Positions 27,714-38,342 of a stretch of DNA of 64,000 nucleotides are shown one piece after another. Below the pieces are notes generated by a model. The model did no database searches, had not been told where the DNA came from, and worked only from the letters and a program-made list of their open reading frames with translations. Position 1 is the stretch's first letter, and the number at the start of each line of letters is the position of its first letter. The position numbers were made by a program, and so were the translations under genes. Source of the DNA: a virus; the IMG/VR virus record IMGVR_UViG_3300008108_000036. One strand, given 5' to 3'.

Positions 27714-28763
27714 ATGAAAATCATCAGCCAAGTGCAATCCGATAAAGAATTTCAATATCCTTGTGAAGATATTTCAAAGTTTCCAATAAGTGATAAGCAT
27801 ATTAATATCATTAAAAATTTTTCAAAAGGACATAGTATCTCTCCTTCTCCTTTCATTATAAAAACTCAACAAAATATAAGTGTTCAAGGAATCTATGGAT
27901 TAGAAGTGACCTCTGGTAATTATTATTATTTTTTACAAAACAAAAACGAAAACATTTTAACCTTTTCAAAAGTTAAAATTTTAAATGTACCTTGGGGTGA
28001 AAACTATGGTCACTGTTTACATGACGTGATTCCTAAAATAATATATGAAGAAGCAAATACGGATTGTGATGTTGTGTACGTGTGTTCTAGTCCGGTTTTA
28101 AATTCGTTGGTATCATTATTTCAAATTAAATTCAGCAAAGTGGTACTATTGAACAATACAGAATTACAAATTTTTGCAAACGAAATAATTGTTGAAAATC
28201 ACGAGTCATTTCATTACAGAGACAAAAACAAAATTAAAATGCTGAAAGCGCAAATCGATAATGTTATTGAAAAACAATACAAAACCGTTATCTCAAACCG
28301 CTTAATATATTGTTCCAGAAACAGTAAAGATGTTACTCATGCCAGAAAAATGGAACCAGCTAATGAAGCTGAAATAATTTTATTGTTGAAGCAGTTTTGT
28401 GTTCAAAATAACTTAATTTTTACACTTTTTAACGGAGAAGAAAATGGAAAAACGATGAGTCACTTAAACCAACTAAAACTGTTTAGTGAGGCAACAGTGG
28501 TAATCGGACCTCATGGTAGTGCAATGGCTAATATTATATATTTAAATCCTAAAAACAATTGCAGTATATGTGAATTTACAAGTGGCACTGAAAATATAAT
28601 TTATGCAGGATCGTTTATAAAGCACTATAATATGCTATATGGACATTTGCCGAACGATTTGTTCAAATATTTTTTAATACCTTTTAATAAAGAATCAACT
28701 AATTCATGTACTTCAATTGAAATATGCAATTTACAGGAATTTTTAAAATGTCTTAGTATATAA
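27714..28763 (+). CDS. glycosyltransferase family 61 (DUF563)-like
   Basis: NYGHCLHDVIP, QLKLFSEATVVIGPHGSAMAN. Confidence 0.8.
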   Translation: MKIISQVQSDKEFQYPCEDISKFPISDKHINIIKNFSKGHSISPSPFIIKTQQNISVQGIYGLEVTSGNYYYFLQNKNENILTFSKVKILNVPWGENYGHCLHDVIPKIIYEEANTDCDVVYVCSSPVLNSLVSLFQIKFSKVVLLNNTELQIFANEIIVENHESFHYRDKNKIKMLKAQIDNVIEKQYKTVISNRLIYCSRNSKDVTHARKMEPANEAEIILLLKQFCVQNNLIFTLFNGEENGKTMSHLNQLKLFSEATVVIGPHGSAMANIIYLNPKNNCSICEFTSGTENIIYAGSFIKHYNMLYGHLPNDLFKYFLIPFNKESTNSCTSIEICNLQEFLKCLSI

Positions 28764-28769
28764 ATTAAT

Positions 28770-29462
28770 ATGCAACCGGAAATATATATATATATATATT
28801 GGCAAATTGCTGAAATTAACCATTGGAAAGATATTGTTTTAGAGCAAAAAGCTTTATTGGTAGAGACCGGGTTATTTGACTTAGCAAAAGAAATAAAAAT
28901 ATCATTTTTAGGTAAAGATAGAAAAAATATTAATTTTTTACTGGAAACTCATAAAAAATTCAATTTATATTTTTATAGCAACGACTTACTATTGTATGAG
29001 CGTCCTTCTTTTGTGCTAATGCAAAACGATGCTGCTGAAACTAATAAAGATTATAATATTTTTTATTTTCACGTAAAGGGAGTTTGTCATAAAGACAATA
29101 TTTTTGTTCAACAATGGAGACAAATGCTTCAAAAACATTTAATAACAAACTATAATGAGTGTATATCTCTTTTAAAAAGGTATGATGTGCTCGGATGTTA
29201 TCTACACGATGCAGGACCTGATAATAATTTTTATCCTAATGTTTTTCCTCCACACAAAAAACATTTTGCAGGAAATTTTTTTTGGACAAAAGCATCCCAT
29301 GTGAGAACATTGCCTAGTCTGAACATGTCTCATTTAAACCTTTCTGAAACTAATGTGCGGTTTTTATATGAAAGATGGATTCTGTATAACGACACAAATT
29401 TTTTCGAAGTATATAAGGATCCCAATGGACATCGCCATTTTTACCATCAAAGTCCATCATAA
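28770..29462 (+). CDS. putative glycosyltransferase (YFHxKG family)
   Basis: YERP, FYFHVKGV, WRQ, HFAGNFFW, ERWI. Confidence 0.6.
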   Translation: MQPEIYIYIYWQIAEINHWKDIVLEQKALLVETGLFDLAKEIKISFLGKDRKNINFLLETHKKFNLYFYSNDLLLYERPSFVLMQNDAAETNKDYNIFYFHVKGVCHKDNIFVQQWRQMLQKHLITNYNECISLLKRYDVLGCYLHDAGPDNNFYPNVFPPHKKHFAGNFFWTKASHVRTLPSLNMSHLNLSETNVRFLYERWILYNDTNFFEVYKDPNGHRHFYHQSPS

Positions 29463-29485
29463 AATACTGTTTAATAATTAACATC

Positions 29486-29515
29486 ATATTCGTCGAAAAC
29501 ATTTAAAAGTCAATA
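29486..29515 (-). repeat. 30-bp promoter-containing direct repeat, copy 2
   Basis: atattcgtcgaaaacatttaaaagtcaata; one mismatch to copy 1. Confidence 0.85.
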
Positions 29516-29518
29516 ATT

Positions 29519-30283
29519 TTATTTTGCGTTTTTTGTCGTTAAGATATTTTTAGCAATACGTTGTTTGAGAACTCCATTGCAAATCAAATTTAAGTTAGAA
29601 TTTGTTGTTTTTAAATTAATTACGCTATCATTTGATATATGATATAATTGATGATTTTGTTGTTCACCATTATAAAGATATACTTTACTTTCTTTTGGTA
29701 TGGTGACATTAAGAGGAGTTGCCAACCATCCGTTTTCATTAACAGAATTAAAAAAAGGCTGAATTTTATGAATCAACCACAAAAAATCTTGATCATGGAA
29801 CGTTTGTAAGTTATATTGTTGGTAATAATAAGTTAACGGTTCAGCAAATTCTTCAGAAAAATTAATAATTTGCTTTGTAAAATTTAAGTACTGCTCTGAA
29901 GTTCCTATCGCCAAGCAAGGACAATATCGATCTAAAAATGTTAATTTATTGGTAATTTGGTTTCTTGCATCATTTACTGAGAAGTTATAATTTATAACAT
30001 CATAGTCTGAAACTAAGAATGGCTCTTCCGTATTTAAACTAGCATATGCTAACCATCTCGAATAACAAGATTTACCATATTTTTTTAATGACTGCTTAGT
30101 AATTTTTATATACAACTGATCAATATTACTAAAAAAATTATTATAATATGAGCATTGAATTGCATGTTCTAAATTTAGAACTAACGTTGTAAAGCCTTGA
30201 TTTTCCCAGCTTGTTTTCCATATTTCTAAAAGTTGATCTTGTTGATCAAAACGTATGTCCTCATAATATGTACAAATACGCAT
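29519..30283 (-). CDS. putative GT-A glycosyltransferase, tandem paralog 1
   Basis: WKTSW, RWLAYA, SDYDVIN (DxD), HDQD. Confidence 0.6.
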   Translation of the reverse strand: MRICTYYEDIRFDQQDQLLEIWKTSWENQGFTTLVLNLEHAIQCSYYNNFFSNIDQLYIKITKQSLKKYGKSCYSRWLAYASLNTEEPFLVSDYDVINYNFSVNDARNQITNKLTFLDRYCPCLAIGTSEQYLNFTKQIINFSEEFAEPLTYYYQQYNLQTFHDQDFLWLIHKIQPFFNSVNENGWLATPLNVTIPKESKVYLYNGEQQNHQLYHISNDSVINLKTTNSNLNLICNGVLKQRIAKNILTTKNAK

Positions 30284-30285
30284 GT

Positions 30286-30987
30286 TTAGTTGGTTTTTTG
30301 CAAATAACGTTTAACAATTTCACATCTAACATGTCTGTTGTAGTTAATGTTTTGTTGCTGGCAATAAGAACGGCATGAAGCAGTAGAATAGTGAACTAGT
30401 TCTTTTTCCCAAAAAATGCCTTCTCCTGGAAATCCGAATCTCTTTGTCCTTTCCTCTGTCTTTTTAAACAAAATCGGGTTTAAAAAATGAGTAATTAATA
30501 AAAATTCCTGATCATGAAAATGAATAAATTGGTTCTGCTGAACTATCTTAATAACGTCTTTTAAGTTTTCTTCTGTAAAACTTAAAAGCGTTTGACACAT
30601 TTTTCCGAATTGAGATGAAGTACCGCTTGCGGCACAAGGACAGCACCCATTTAAAAAATGTAATTGATCATCTGGCTCGCTGATAGGAAAATGATGATTT
30701 ATAACATCATAATCACAAACGTAAAATTTTTCTTCAGGTTGAGTAGCATAAGCCAACCAACGCAACCAACAAGCTAAGCCGTAATCGCTGAGAGGTTTGC
30801 TCATTATTTGTATATGAAACTCTAAAAGTTTAGATTTAAACTCATTATACAATAAATGATTTTCAGCATCAACTTGAGATAGTACGATTGGTTGATATCC
30901 TTGATTACTCCAGCTTAGTTTCCATAAACTTAGTAATTCGTCTTGATGTTCAAATCCAATATTGTTAAAATATGTATACACTTTCAT
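30286..30987 (-). CDS. putative GT-A glycosyltransferase, tandem paralog 2
   Basis: WKLSW, RWLAYA, CDYDVIN, HDQE, LVHYS. Confidence 0.6.
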   Translation of the reverse strand: MKVYTYFNNIGFEHQDELLSLWKLSWSNQGYQPIVLSQVDAENHLLYNEFKSKLLEFHIQIMSKPLSDYGLACWLRWLAYATQPEEKFYVCDYDVINHHFPISEPDDQLHFLNGCCPCAASGTSSQFGKMCQTLLSFTEENLKDVIKIVQQNQFIHFHDQEFLLITHFLNPILFKKTEERTKRFGFPGEGIFWEKELVHYSTASCRSYCQQQNINYNRHVRCEIVKRYLQKTN

Positions 30988-31688
30988 GAATTTTTCTTTA
31001 AGGATTCTTCGATTAAATTAACTCGAGCTTGTGGAGTAAATTTTTTCAAAAAACGTTGTAAATATAAATCACATAAAGCACTACCATAATGTACTAAAGG
31101 CTTTTTCCAAAATTCGTGCATGAGTGGAGTGCTTAAAAACGTTTCCCTATTTCTAGTCATTTTAATTAAGTTATGATCCAGCTCGTTAACAATTTGAAAA
31201 AATTCTTGATCATTAAACCAGTAAGTTTCTTGCATGTTCTTATAAATTTTTTTAAAAAAATCTTTATTATTATTTACTGTATGTATTAAGGTTTTGCACA
31301 ACCACTCAAAATCTTTTGGTCTACCACTAGCAATGCACGGGCAAGTGTGATCCAACATATATAACCCTACGAGCGGTTTTGTTGGATAAAAGTTATGATT
31401 TATAACGTCATAATCACTTACGTAAAATTCTTCATCGTTTTGTGTAGAATATGCTAGCCAGCGTAGCCAACAAGCTAATCCATATTCGGTTGGAGGTTTT
31501 CCACTTATTTCAATTGAAATTTTTCTAAGTTCATTTGAGTAGCTTGTGTAATATGGATGCTCAATACAATCTTTTCTCGACAAAACTATTGGAATAAATC
31601 CATTCTGTTGCCAACTTTGTTTCCATATTTTTAAAAGTCTGTTTGAATGTTCGAACCTAAGATCTTCATGATATGTGTAAATTTTCAT
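30984..31688 (-). CDS. putative GT-A glycosyltransferase, tandem paralog 3
   Basis: WKQSW, RWLAYS, SDYDVIN, NDQE, LVHYG. Confidence 0.6.
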   Translation of the reverse strand: MKIYTYHEDLRFEHSNRLLKIWKQSWQQNGFIPIVLSRKDCIEHPYYTSYSNELRKISIEISGKPPTEYGLACWLRWLAYSTQNDEEFYVSDYDVINHNFYPTKPLVGLYMLDHTCPCIASGRPKDFEWLCKTLIHTVNNNKDFFKKIYKNMQETYWFNDQEFFQIVNELDHNLIKMTRNRETFLSTPLMHEFWKKPLVHYGSALCDLYLQRFLKKFTPQARVNLIEESLKKNS

Positions 31689-33348
31689 TTTGTTTGTTGT
31701 CTATATTAAGAGTTCTCGAACAATACTTTTCATATAATTTTTGATCGTACATAGTTCTATTATAGAAAAACTCTTTAGCTTCTTCGTTTAAATCATTAAA
31801 AGTCGTTTTTGGCTTATTGGTGCTTTCATTTCTCGAAACTAATTGTCCGTTAAACTCATTTGGCAATTTGCTGTAATCTATTTCATAACATTCTTGTAAT
31901 ATTTTTGTTAATACTAAATTCGTTTTTTTTGTGCTATCTATAACAAAAAATGAATTTAAATATTGTGTCGTATTTTCATAATGTTGTTCAGTTATAATTT
32001 CGCTTGGTTTTAATCTCAACAATTCTCGTATCAACCAACTATCTTCACATTCGAAGGAGCTTAGATATGACTCGAATGTTTCTGATTTTATAGCCTTATG
32101 TGTTGTTTCGTGCTGTGAAGCAGCACTTGAGAGATATGAAAACATTGATTTTGCTTTAGTGAAAGAATCTCGCATGGTTGTAAAAAGAACAGGATCGAGA
32201 CCCCAGTTGTCACAAATAGCTTCAATTATACCCGATAAAATAAACTGAATGCCGTGTGATTGTATTACAATAGCAAAAACAAAAAAACGAAAGCTGTGTA
32301 TGTTTGCAAGTAAATCGTCTAGATATATAGTAGAACTATAATCATCCACTCTTTCAACCTTCTCGTTTTCTTCGCATAAGTTTTGATAATCATAGACTAA
32401 TAAAGTTAAGCAAGTTTGGTCCGTTCTTGTTAAAACCGACACTCTACGAAGACAAAAATTCCATAAATGGCTAGACGTTTCGTTCCATTTGTTTTGTAAC
32501 CCATACCATGTCATTACTCGAGTTAGTACTCCTTCTATATAAGTTCCTGCGCATTTTGGTATATGGAGAAATACGGGGACTTTTCGACAATTATTTGACA
32601 GATTCTGCTTAATGTTGTTTTTTTGCGTTTTTAGTTTTTTAATTAAATCTATATGAGTATAATAGAAGTTTTTCGTGTGAATTACGACAGCTTCATTTTT
32701 TTTGTCTTTGTGATGTAAATTGAAATCATCAATATCTGAAAGGTTTAATATTGATTTACTGTCAACACAATATGATGAATAGCTGTCTTTCATTGCTTGA
32801 TGTAAAGCAAAATCATAATTTGTGTGAATGTTTTCAAGATTGTGAGTTAAGAAAAGCTCGTTTAATAACTGTAGAAATTTACTACTTCTGTTATAAACAG
32901 CTACTCCGTTCATGTGGTTTGAATAATCTTGTGGGGTGTTTTCAACCGTTTTCCATTTATTTCCGTAGTATGTTGAACCACAAATAAACCATTCAGACTT
33001 ATTTAAGGATAAAATCTCACGATTAAGATGTTCGTCAAATCTTGGAAATATGGCACAATCAGATTCCAACAAAAGAATTTTTTTATACTTTTCTGGTTCA
33101 TAATTTATTAAAAAATGAAAAACTTTTGTTGTTGGATTCAATACGGTTGTGTCGTCAACGACAATGAATTGTATTAAAGAACTAAAGCCAATTAAAGATG
33201 ATAGGTTGGCTTTAAAACTTTCTTTATCTAAAAACACACAAATGTCTATTATTCTTGTTTTGTGTTTAAAAATGCTTTTGATAAGTCGTGCTAATCGTCC
33301 ATCTTCGATTTCTTTTGAGCAAGATTGTATAAAAATTGCATCTAACAT
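31666..33348 (-). CDS. glycosyltransferase-like plus sulfotransferase fusion
   Basis: N-half LLESDC..HMNGVAVY..YD; C-half HIPKCAGT PAPS motif. Confidence 0.65.
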   Translation of the reverse strand: MLDAIFIQSCSKEIEDGRLARLIKSIFKHKTRIIDICVFLDKESFKANLSSLIGFSSLIQFIVVDDTTVLNPTTKVFHFLINYEPEKYKKILLLESDCAIFPRFDEHLNREILSLNKSEWFICGSTYYGNKWKTVENTPQDYSNHMNGVAVYNRSSKFLQLLNELFLTHNLENIHTNYDFALHQAMKDSYSSYCVDSKSILNLSDIDDFNLHHKDKKNEAVVIHTKNFYYTHIDLIKKLKTQKNNIKQNLSNNCRKVPVFLHIPKCAGTYIEGVLTRVMTWYGLQNKWNETSSHLWNFCLRRVSVLTRTDQTCLTLLVYDYQNLCEENEKVERVDDYSSTIYLDDLLANIHSFRFFVFAIVIQSHGIQFILSGIIEAICDNWGLDPVLFTTMRDSFTKAKSMFSYLSSAASQHETTHKAIKSETFESYLSSFECEDSWLIRELLRLKPSEIITEQHYENTTQYLNSFFVIDSTKKTNLVLTKILQECYEIDYSKLPNEFNGQLVSRNESTNKPKTTFNDLNEEAKEFFYNRTMYDQKLYEKYCSRTLNIDNKQNENLHIS

Positions 33349-35934
33349 ATGCTTGTAATTATGCTTTCAGATAATAGATGTAAATTAATTTTGTAGTAAT
33401 TTGTTTTTATGTAGTCTGTTGTATTATCAGCTTTTTTATAAAAAACCGAGGTGTTACCAAAGTAATTGAATTCTCCTAATCGTTCTAAATTAAGAAGGTG
33501 CGTTTTACACTTATCAGCTAGCTCTTTCTTAATATTTATTAAGGTATGTTTTTCTGTTTGTATTTTGTATTTTGTTTGAACCTCGATGATTTCCGTCAAT
33601 TCGATTTTTTGTTGTTCTGTTGATTTATTCTTTAAATCATTAACTATATACTGTAAAAATACTGGATCTGCACAACGTTCATCGAAAATTAAACTTTGAG
33701 TTGTACTTTCAGACTGGCTAAGTCGCTTAATCAATTTTTTAAAATTGGCTGGACATAAATGAGATAGTCTTTTCCAAAAAGCGTTAAACGTTTCCGTCAA
33801 AATATGCTGTTGAAAATCTATTAGGAAAAAATGCTCAGGACTTAATTGTGTATACAGTGAACCTACTAAAGTTTCTATTTGAGGAAAAAATTGAGTAGAA
33901 CAATGTTGTATATAGTGATTTATATTAAAATTTTTAATTGTTTCTATAGAAGAGTTTTCTATCCGTTTAATTGCTTTAAATTTTAGATCATCATATAAGT
34001 TGTCTACTAAAAATATAGAGTTAATTTCAAGAAAATTATTCATTTCATCGTAAAAATAATTAAATATTTCTGTTCCTGACATAACAAACTGCTCTCCTAA
34101 TAATAAAATACTGTCTTCTTTTATTGTTAGAGAGATGTAACGTAATAAAGAAATTAAAGCTCTGTGTTCTGATTCGTCAGTTAGCTTGAGTAGTTGTCTG
34201 GCTAATGTATTATGTAAGATTCTAGACGGATCAGAAAACCACGATGTTATCTCCCACCGAGACGTTTTAAACTCTTTTGCTAAACGTTCGTTTAAAAATA
34301 CTATTTGATCGTTAGCAGCAAGGTATTCCATTAGGCTTAAAACTTTTCTAGGAGCATAACAAAACATGCAAAATAGCTTTGGGGTGTTATTTTTTGCTGT
34401 TGTTTTATGTTTAACATTAATATAATCGTTGGTTTTTTCAAATAATTGTGAAATGTCTAATATGTGTTCTAATATATCATTGCGTTTTAAAATTTCTAAA
34501 AAGACAATAAGCGAGCTTTCAAAAGTTATTTCGGTTTGTAATTTTTGAATATTATTGCTATTGTTCAATTCGTTGCTCGTAATAGGCGACTTAAAATTTT
34601 GTTGTACAATACTATTCCATGAAACATTTGAAATATTATCTTTTATAATAAAGTCTTCATTTAAATCATTTGTTGTAACTTCAACAAACTTTGTATTATT
34701 GGTTAATAAACTATTCTCTCGTACGTGTATTCCTGTATGCTTCCCGAAAAACGCAAACGTGACAGGGTTGGATAAAATGTTTACAAACACGTTTTTGCTT
34801 AAGATTACATTAATATTGCTGATATAAATATTCTCAGATCGAGTATAAGACCATTTATTGAAGTCAGATACCGTCACTGTTCTGCCAACTGTACTTTCTT
34901 TAGATATATGTTTAGCTCTACATCCGTCATTGAAAGAAATATTATACTCAATTGTTATATTAGTATTTCCACCCATCACACTAATAAATCCGCCTGCATT
35001 GTCTCTACAAATATTGTAGTTCACATGAATAGAGTGGTTGTTCTTTTTTAAATAAACGGCTGTTGAGCGAATTTCTCCAAAACATGAAGTTATTTCATTT
35101 TTTAATATTTTAACATTTGAACAATTTTCAATTGTAACACCCGAAGATCCTTTTGTTGAAATATCTGATGTTAGAAATTTTCCAGCTCTTGTTATTTTAT
35201 TGAGTTCGATTAAACCATGTGTTACATGGTTTAAGAGTATTGCTGTAGAAGATGTATTTCTAATTTGGTTGTTTTTTATTATAACATTTTTAAAAATATT
35301 AGCATTATTATCCAAATAAATTGTTTGAGAAGTTCTTAGTAAAATTGCGTGACATGCAATGCCTTCAAATTCACAATTTTCTATACTAATATTTTCTATT
35401 TTAATATTATTTCCTAGCACGTTAAACTCTATTGATGATTTAGACGAATCTCCTGTATATATGTTGTGCATATAAACATTGCTGATAAAAAACCCGCCAA
35501 ATAATTCATTGTGGGTTGATTGATTTATCAAATTACCAAATGTAAAATATATTTTTCCGTGCCTTATTTCTAAATTTTCTATATGAATGAAACTGCAGTT
35601 TTTGAATTGTATGCATTGGTGTCTATCTGGCGAAGGAAGTATGACGGGTCTCTTTAAGTGTTGTGATGAAGAGCTATCATACCAATTTATTTTAATCGGA
35701 TTATCTAATCGGATTATCTTTAGTTCCATGCAAGTTTTTAAACATTACTGTATCAGTAAATACAGAACCTGACTTGAGTAAAATTTTGTCACCCGGACCG
35801 AGTGGATCATTTATGTGATATAAAGCTAATTTATTTAAAGTTTTCCAAGGGCAGTTAACGTGGGTTCCTACATTTTCGTCACAACCGTTTATTGAGTCTA
35901 TATAAAAAGTTTTATTTGTAATGTTTTTTAACAT
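33342..35934 (-). pseudogene. right-handed beta-helix (pectate-lyase-like) protein split by a 13-bp tandem duplication
   Basis: 35701-35934 encodes FYIDSINGCDE..PWKTL..PGDKILLKSGS; removing one aatcggattatct copy (35694-35719) fuses it in frame to 33342-35729. Confidence 0.8.
35694..35719. repeat. perfect 13-bp tandem duplication
   Basis: aatcggattatct x2. Confidence 0.95.
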
Positions 35935-35969
35935 ACTATGTGTTTATTTATTTAAACGTATAGCATAAC

Positions 35970-36965
35970 TTACATACGTTGAATCGTATAAACCGTATGT
36001 TTATATAAATTACAAATAGTAGTAAAAATCTCAGTCAATTCTTCATCGTAATAGCTTTCTGATAAATAATTCAAATATCTTTTATATTCGCAACTATTAT
36101 TCCAATCTTGATTTCTATAAATTCTTTCTTGGAATACTTGCTTAATATCAGGTTTTAAATATTTAAAATGTGCTAATATAAAATGTTGTTGGGTTATATT
36201 TAAATGTCTGTTTGATTCCGTCCAGTTGGAGTATGCAATTTCAGGAGGCCACCAACAAGTAAAATCTTTTGGTAATATCCAATGCATCCCCACAGAAAGA
36301 TTATGAGTATCGTAAAAATCATATTTAAAAAAACTTTTTTTGGTTAAGCAGACTGAGCTGGAATTAGGTTTTTTGTTACCATTTAAAATAACGTGTCTCA
36401 AACCGCCTTTTATTTCATAAGAGTTGTCGGGTGCTGCTTTAGAGTATATCGTTTTTTCAGTAAACTTGTGAAAATAACATGAATGTTCAAAAAAAGAAGT
36501 TCCGGTCGAATATGCAACTCCATCAAACCTCTTGGGATAAAAGTCGACGAGACAAGTTTGTGCAATATTAGTTTTTTGGTTTTCCATTTGTAATACTGAA
36601 TCTTGTACTGTAGTACTACTACTCGGAAGAACTAAAATTTCATCTATATCTACGACCAAGCACCATTTATTGTGCATTTTTAAATTAAGAATTTCGTTTA
36701 CCCAAGCAATTCCATAATTGGCCTTCGAATATGAGTCGCTACAAGAATACAATTCTAGATTTAAGTCATTCCGATTCTTTAAATACTCAATAGTACCATC
36801 GTTTGAATTGTTGTCAATAAAAATGAAGTGAGTTACTCCTAGGGTTTTGTAGTACTGTATAAAAAACGGCAGCAATAACAATTCATTCCATATCACACAT
36901 ATTAAGGTTACATCAACTATATTAGTGTCTACGTTTACGTTATTTTCTTTTATACATTCTAACAT
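35970..36965 (-). CDS. glycosyltransferase family 2-like
   Basis: NELLLLPFFIQYYKTLGV..IDNNSNDGT..WCLVVDIDE. Confidence 0.85.
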   Translation of the reverse strand: MLECIKENNVNVDTNIVDVTLICVIWNELLLLPFFIQYYKTLGVTHFIFIDNNSNDGTIEYLKNRNDLNLELYSCSDSYSKANYGIAWVNEILNLKMHNKWCLVVDIDEILVLPSSSTTVQDSVLQMENQKTNIAQTCLVDFYPKRFDGVAYSTGTSFFEHSCYFHKFTEKTIYSKAAPDNSYEIKGGLRHVILNGNKKPNSSSVCLTKKSFFKYDFYDTHNLSVGMHWILPKDFTCWWPPEIAYSNWTESNRHLNITQQHFILAHFKYLKPDIKQVFQERIYRNQDWNNSCEYKRYLNYLSESYYDEELTEIFTTICNLYKHTVYTIQRM

Positions 36966-36966
36966 A

Positions 36967-37581
36967 CTAGTGGTTTAAATCAAATGTATAATCAAACATT
37001 TTAATATCTGTCAAAAAATATTGTTCTACTATTTTTTTCGTTTTTGTAGTATAAAAATCCGAATAATGTGTTTTATTATTTGACCCATTTAACTGCAGTA
37101 ATGGTGACCATTCAATTTCTAAGACATTATTGCATATACGCTTAAAGTCTTCGTTAATTGTTTCAAACCGTCCGAGAAAATTGACGTCTAATTTGCCAGT
37201 GCTATCGGTTATAAACTTTGATGATTCGGTAAACACAAAGTTCGGAGCAGTTAAAATAAATTCTTCAAAAGAAATATTATCTGAGATTGAGTATTTACTT
37301 TGTTTATGTAATTTGAGATAATTATACCAAGATACTACTTTGTCCCAAGGATTTCTTACAAATCCTATAGTATTTATATTTGATACATTATAATGTTGTT
37401 TTACTGCCATTAAAGAAGCATGCTTTCCGCTAACATCACCAAAAGGTTTATTAGTTTCTTTGGTTTTAATGTGTGGAAAGTCATTTTCTTCACAGTACAA
37501 TGACAAAAAAGATTCTATAGAAGTTGTTCCGGTTTTTGGCACTGCAATGAAGCAGAAAGATAGAGGCTTACAGTAAATCAT
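36967..37581 (-). CDS. sulfotransferase family 2
   Basis: FIAVPKTGTTSI, VRNPWDKVVSWY, GRFETINEDF. Confidence 0.85.
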   Translation of the reverse strand: MIYCKPLSFCFIAVPKTGTTSIESFLSLYCEENDFPHIKTKETNKPFGDVSGKHASLMAVKQHYNVSNINTIGFVRNPWDKVVSWYNYLKLHKQSKYSISDNISFEEFILTAPNFVFTESSKFITDSTGKLDVNFLGRFETINEDFKRICNNVLEIEWSPLLQLNGSNNKTHYSDFYTTKTKKIVEQYFLTDIKMFDYTFDLNH

Positions 37582-38342
37582 AAATCAAAGTTGATTTCAA
37601 TATTTCTAAAAAACTCGAGTTCGTTTTTAATTAAAAAATCTATTTTTGTTAATGTTGCATCGGAAAACACAGTTCGAATATTTGGATATTTATAACTTTT
37701 ATGAATATCTATAGCAGAAATTTGTTTGATTTGATTTTTATCTGCATTGTTTTCAATCCTATAAATGTTATTGAATATATTGTTTGTTTTTTTGTGTAAA
37801 TGTTTGATCTTATCATAATACTGCTTTCTCCAAATAAATTTATATATACGTTCGACGACAGAAGTGTCATAAAATAAGCTTAACGTAGACGAAATACGGT
37901 TCGGAAGCAAAGCAACAAATGTATTAAGACTACTAACTTTCTTTTCAAAATGCGTTAAAATCCATTCTTTGATTTTATTAACTTCTTCTTGAGTGCAATC
38001 TTCAGTTTTATGTTCAATATAAGAAGAAAACGAACGCTCGAATTCCAAATGAGTATCGTTCAGAGAGTAATTTTCTAGATATTCCGAAAAAAGCCGATAA
38101 TAAGGATTGCGCCAAAAAATTATTAATTTAAATTCGTCTAAATTGTCACAATTCGTTACAGGTTTAGCATAAAATTTATCATAAATCTTATTGTTTATTT
38201 TGTAGTTTTGCTCCTTTTTGTTGTTTAATATTACTCCATTTTCTAAATGAGTTACAATTTCTAACACTGCTGGATAAGGGGAAATATCGGACCATAAGCA
38301 AACAGCTTTAGAATTTCCTTTTATTAATTTATGAAGTTTCAT
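37578..38342 (-). CDS. degenerate sulfotransferase-like protein
   Basis: RNPYYRLFSEY 3'-PB motif; 5'-PSB motif not evident. Confidence 0.45.
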   Translation of the reverse strand: MKLHKLIKGNSKAVCLWSDISPYPAVLEIVTHLENGVILNNKKEQNYKINNKIYDKFYAKPVTNCDNLDEFKLIIFWRNPYYRLFSEYLENYSLNDTHLEFERSFSSYIEHKTEDCTQEEVNKIKEWILTHFEKKVSSLNTFVALLPNRISSTLSLFYDTSVVERIYKFIWRKQYYDKIKHLHKKTNNIFNNIYRIENNADKNQIKQISAIDIHKSYKYPNIRTVFSDATLTKIDFLIKNELEFFRNIEINFDL

